Under the pieces are notes generated by a model. That model was not told the origin of the DNA and did not search any database. It saw only the letters and a list, made by a program, of their open reading frames with translations. Of a stretch of 59,675 bases of DNA, positions 58,142 through 59,675 are shown piece by piece. A program made the translations under genes and the position numbers. The DNA comes from a virus. Taxonomy: Duplodnaviria; Caudoviricetes. The stretch covers positions 1 through 59,675 of the IMG/VR virus record IMGVR_UViG_3300022752_005293; one strand, written 5' to 3'. Each line of letters begins with the position of its first letter. Position 1 is the first letter of the stretch.

Positions 58142-58215
58142 CGCGGGTTGGTGAAAAGGTATCACAGAGGACTCATAATCCTCAGTTTCTAGTTCGAATC
58201 TAGAACCCGCAACCA
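58142..58215 (+). tRNA. tRNA with CAT anticodon (Met/fMet, or Ile2 if lysidine-modified), CCA encoded
   Basis: Cloverleaf: acceptor CGCGGGT/ACCCGCA, D stem GTGA/TCAC, anticodon arm GAGGA-CTCATAA-TCCTC, T arm TCTAG-TTCGAAT-CTAGA, 3' ACCA. Confidence 0.93.
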
Positions 58216-58309
58216 CTTTCAAATTTTGCAGATAGATTCTGCAATATCTTTATTCCCCATAAAAAAATAAGGCGCGTACCAGTTTATTAACCAATACGCG
58301 ACTAATATA

Positions 58310-58924
58310 TCAATCCAAACTAATTGGTTTAATTGCTGGTTTTCCAATAGGTCGACTTCCAGATGAAGATGGTGAAGAAGAAAAGTTATTATTGGGCATA
58401 AAATCATTACTAATATTGGTATCTCGCATTTGGGAATCAGACATTGAAATTGGGGAAGGACCTATGGGTCTTGTGTGTAATCCAATCGATTTGTTCTGCC
58501 CATTCATTGCATTGGCTTGGGCTGCTGCTCCAGCCATTGCTGCTTCTTTACCTGAACCTGCTAGCATAATGCCAGACAAAGTACCACATAAAAATGTAGC
58601 AACAGGAATAATTAATTCAAAGAATTTTTGATCTATTGGGCTTATAGCATTTAAGGGTTGCGTGACAAACATGATACTATAAAGAACAGTAAAAACAATC
58701 CCAATAAGAGTGAGCGCCAAACAGACTCCGATAATGAATTTAAGACGAACCATAAGTTCGTTTTCAGTATACCTTTCTCCAGGTTTAGATCTTGTTTCCG
58801 ATCTGTGCGCATATTTTTCTTCCTTGTAAGGAGTAGATTTTTTATCTATATTGTTTATTTTGGGAGAGGTAGTTTGAGTATTTTCATTCAAATCAGGATT
58901 TTTAAATAAATCTTTTATACTCAT
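58310..58924 (-). CDS. Membrane protein with two TM segments and low-complexity tail
   Basis: FIIGVCLALTLIGIVFTVLYSIMF and LIIPVATFLCGTLSGIML hydrophobic stretches. Confidence 0.65.
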   Translation of the reverse strand: MSIKDLFKNPDLNENTQTTSPKINNIDKKSTPYKEEKYAHRSETRSKPGERYTENELMVRLKFIIGVCLALTLIGIVFTVLYSIMFVTQPLNAISPIDQKFFELIIPVATFLCGTLSGIMLAGSGKEAAMAGAAAQANAMNGQNKSIGLHTRPIGPSPISMSDSQMRDTNISNDFMPNNNFSSSPSSSGSRPIGKPAIKPISLD

Positions 58925-59154
58925 CTATTAGTTCCTTTACATTCAGCACAACTATTTTTATTGGGGCTAGAATATGATGCTACACCTTCCTGCCCTTTAA
59001 ATATATGTTCTGGGCAATCTCTAGATACTTCGCAGTATGGTTTTTTACAATAATCCTTTTCCCAATTATCTGGATTTTGACAAGGATATCTATATCTAGA
59101 ATCGCAACCAAATAAAATTAACGATATTATAATCATTAGAGTAGATTTAAACAT
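58921..59154 (-). CDS. Small Cys-rich lipoprotein
   Basis: Signal peptide with lipobox LFGC; RYRYPCQNPDNW; several further Cys. Confidence 0.65.
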   Translation of the reverse strand: MFKSTLMIIISLILFGCDSRYRYPCQNPDNWEKDYCKKPYCEVSRDCPEHIFKGQEGVASYSSPNKNSCAECKGTNR

Positions 59155-59165
59155 GATATTAAATT

Positions 59166-59537
59166 TTAAGTAATATTAATCGGATTAATTCTTGGTTTGA
59201 TTGTTTTAACATCTATTGTCTCCTTGGGTTTATTTATATATTTGTCAAAAATAGCATTGCCTACCCAAGCAGCCATATATCCCATAAAGTACCATTCACT
59301 AAATTTATTCTCAAGTATAAGATACACAAATCCCCAGGTACTAACTATCCATGCTCCAAATCTAGAAAATTTTTTCTCATCTATTTTATTATTTACACAG
59401 ATCAAATCTTTCAAATCAATATTATTTTTACTATCTTTATGCCATATGTATAATAAAAAAATTAAAAAAACAACAACCATTATTAATACAATACTCATAG
59501 CTATTTGAGTAGTATTTAAAGACAACCAATTTATCAT
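59166..59537 (-). CDS. Membrane protein (holin-like candidate)
   Basis: Three hydrophobic segments, basic C-terminus. Confidence 0.5.
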   Translation of the reverse strand: MINWLSLNTTQIAMSIVLIMVVVFLIFLLYIWHKDSKNNIDLKDLICVNNKIDEKKFSRFGAWIVSTWGFVYLILENKFSEWYFMGYMAAWVGNAIFDKYINKPKETIDVKTIKPRINPINIT

Positions 59538-59674
59538 TTGTTTGCTAATGGATTATCTAGTGCCTTCTTCAATTTTTCATCCATGTCTTTCTCAAGGCGT
59601 TTCATTTTAGCATCTATATCTTTGTTGTTTGAAGCTATAGCTTTGCTGTTTTCTGCTGCCATGCGATTCATTTC
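59534..59674 (-). CDS. 3' end of a coiled-coil protein, truncated by window edge
   Basis: Open frame EMNRMAAENSKAIASNNKDIDAKMKRLEKDMDEKLKKALDNPLANK*; TGA overlaps next ATG. Confidence 0.6.
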   Translation of the reverse strand, partial: EMNRMAAENSKAIASNNKDIDAKMKRLEKDMDEKLKKALDNPLANK

Positions 59675-59675
59675 T

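Noticed and set aside
58226-58244. TTGCAGA/TCTGCAA hairpin as a bidirectional terminator; 58219..58407 minus-strand ORF
   Set aside because: No clear U-tract on either side; the ORF mostly overlaps another gene and has no convincing start, so neither is supported well enough
109-58909. Numerous 60-160 aa ORFs on the opposite strand or in alternative frames (e.g. 109..465, 8196..8504, 30801..31271, 33660..34040, 58392..58631, 58658..58909)
   Set aside because: Fully overlap well-supported genes, lack RBS and motifs; typical shadow ORFs
1-59675. CRISPR array, DGR (reverse transcriptase with TR/VR), integrase or IS element
   Set aside because: No regularly spaced repeat-spacer array, RT, integrase or transposase seen; the repeats found are in-frame coding repeats

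Overview
A 59.7 kb, AT-rich segment of a T4-like (Tevenvirinae/cyanophage-like gene order) myovirus genome, almost all on the + strand. It contains: (1) the 3' part of a long repeat-rich tail fibre and the canonical virion/packaging block gp13-14-15-16-17-18-19-20-(67)-21-22-23-3, then uvsY, uvsW and gp55; (2) a 7-deazaguanine DNA-modification cluster (queE, folE, a DpdA/TGT-like transglycosylase, a QueD paralogue with the LxxxHRHxF motif, queD; no queC in the window) interleaved with two GT-B glycosyltransferases, galE and a 2OG-Fe(II) oxygenase; (3) a free-standing HNH endonuclease, a frameshifted gp47, gp46, peptide deformylase and a CobT/CobS-like pair; (4) a ~16.7 kb nucleotide-sugar/glycosyltransferase island (gmd, fcl, ColD-like, GT10, DdhC/RfbH-like, aldolase, SDR, DHQS-like, ThDP enzyme, rmlB, GTs); (5) gp45-44-62-regA-hsp20, small ORFs, a CAT-anticodon tRNA and a convergent membrane/lipoprotein cluster. 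The most notable observation: the DpdA-like enzyme and the adjacent glycosyltransferase both end in SLE(D/E)LFA, resembling the T4-type sliding-clamp-binding peptide, suggesting a clamp-tethered, replication-coupled system that installs and glycosylates a 7-deazaguanine base in phage DNA. All assignments are from motif recognition and synteny; no database searches were run.
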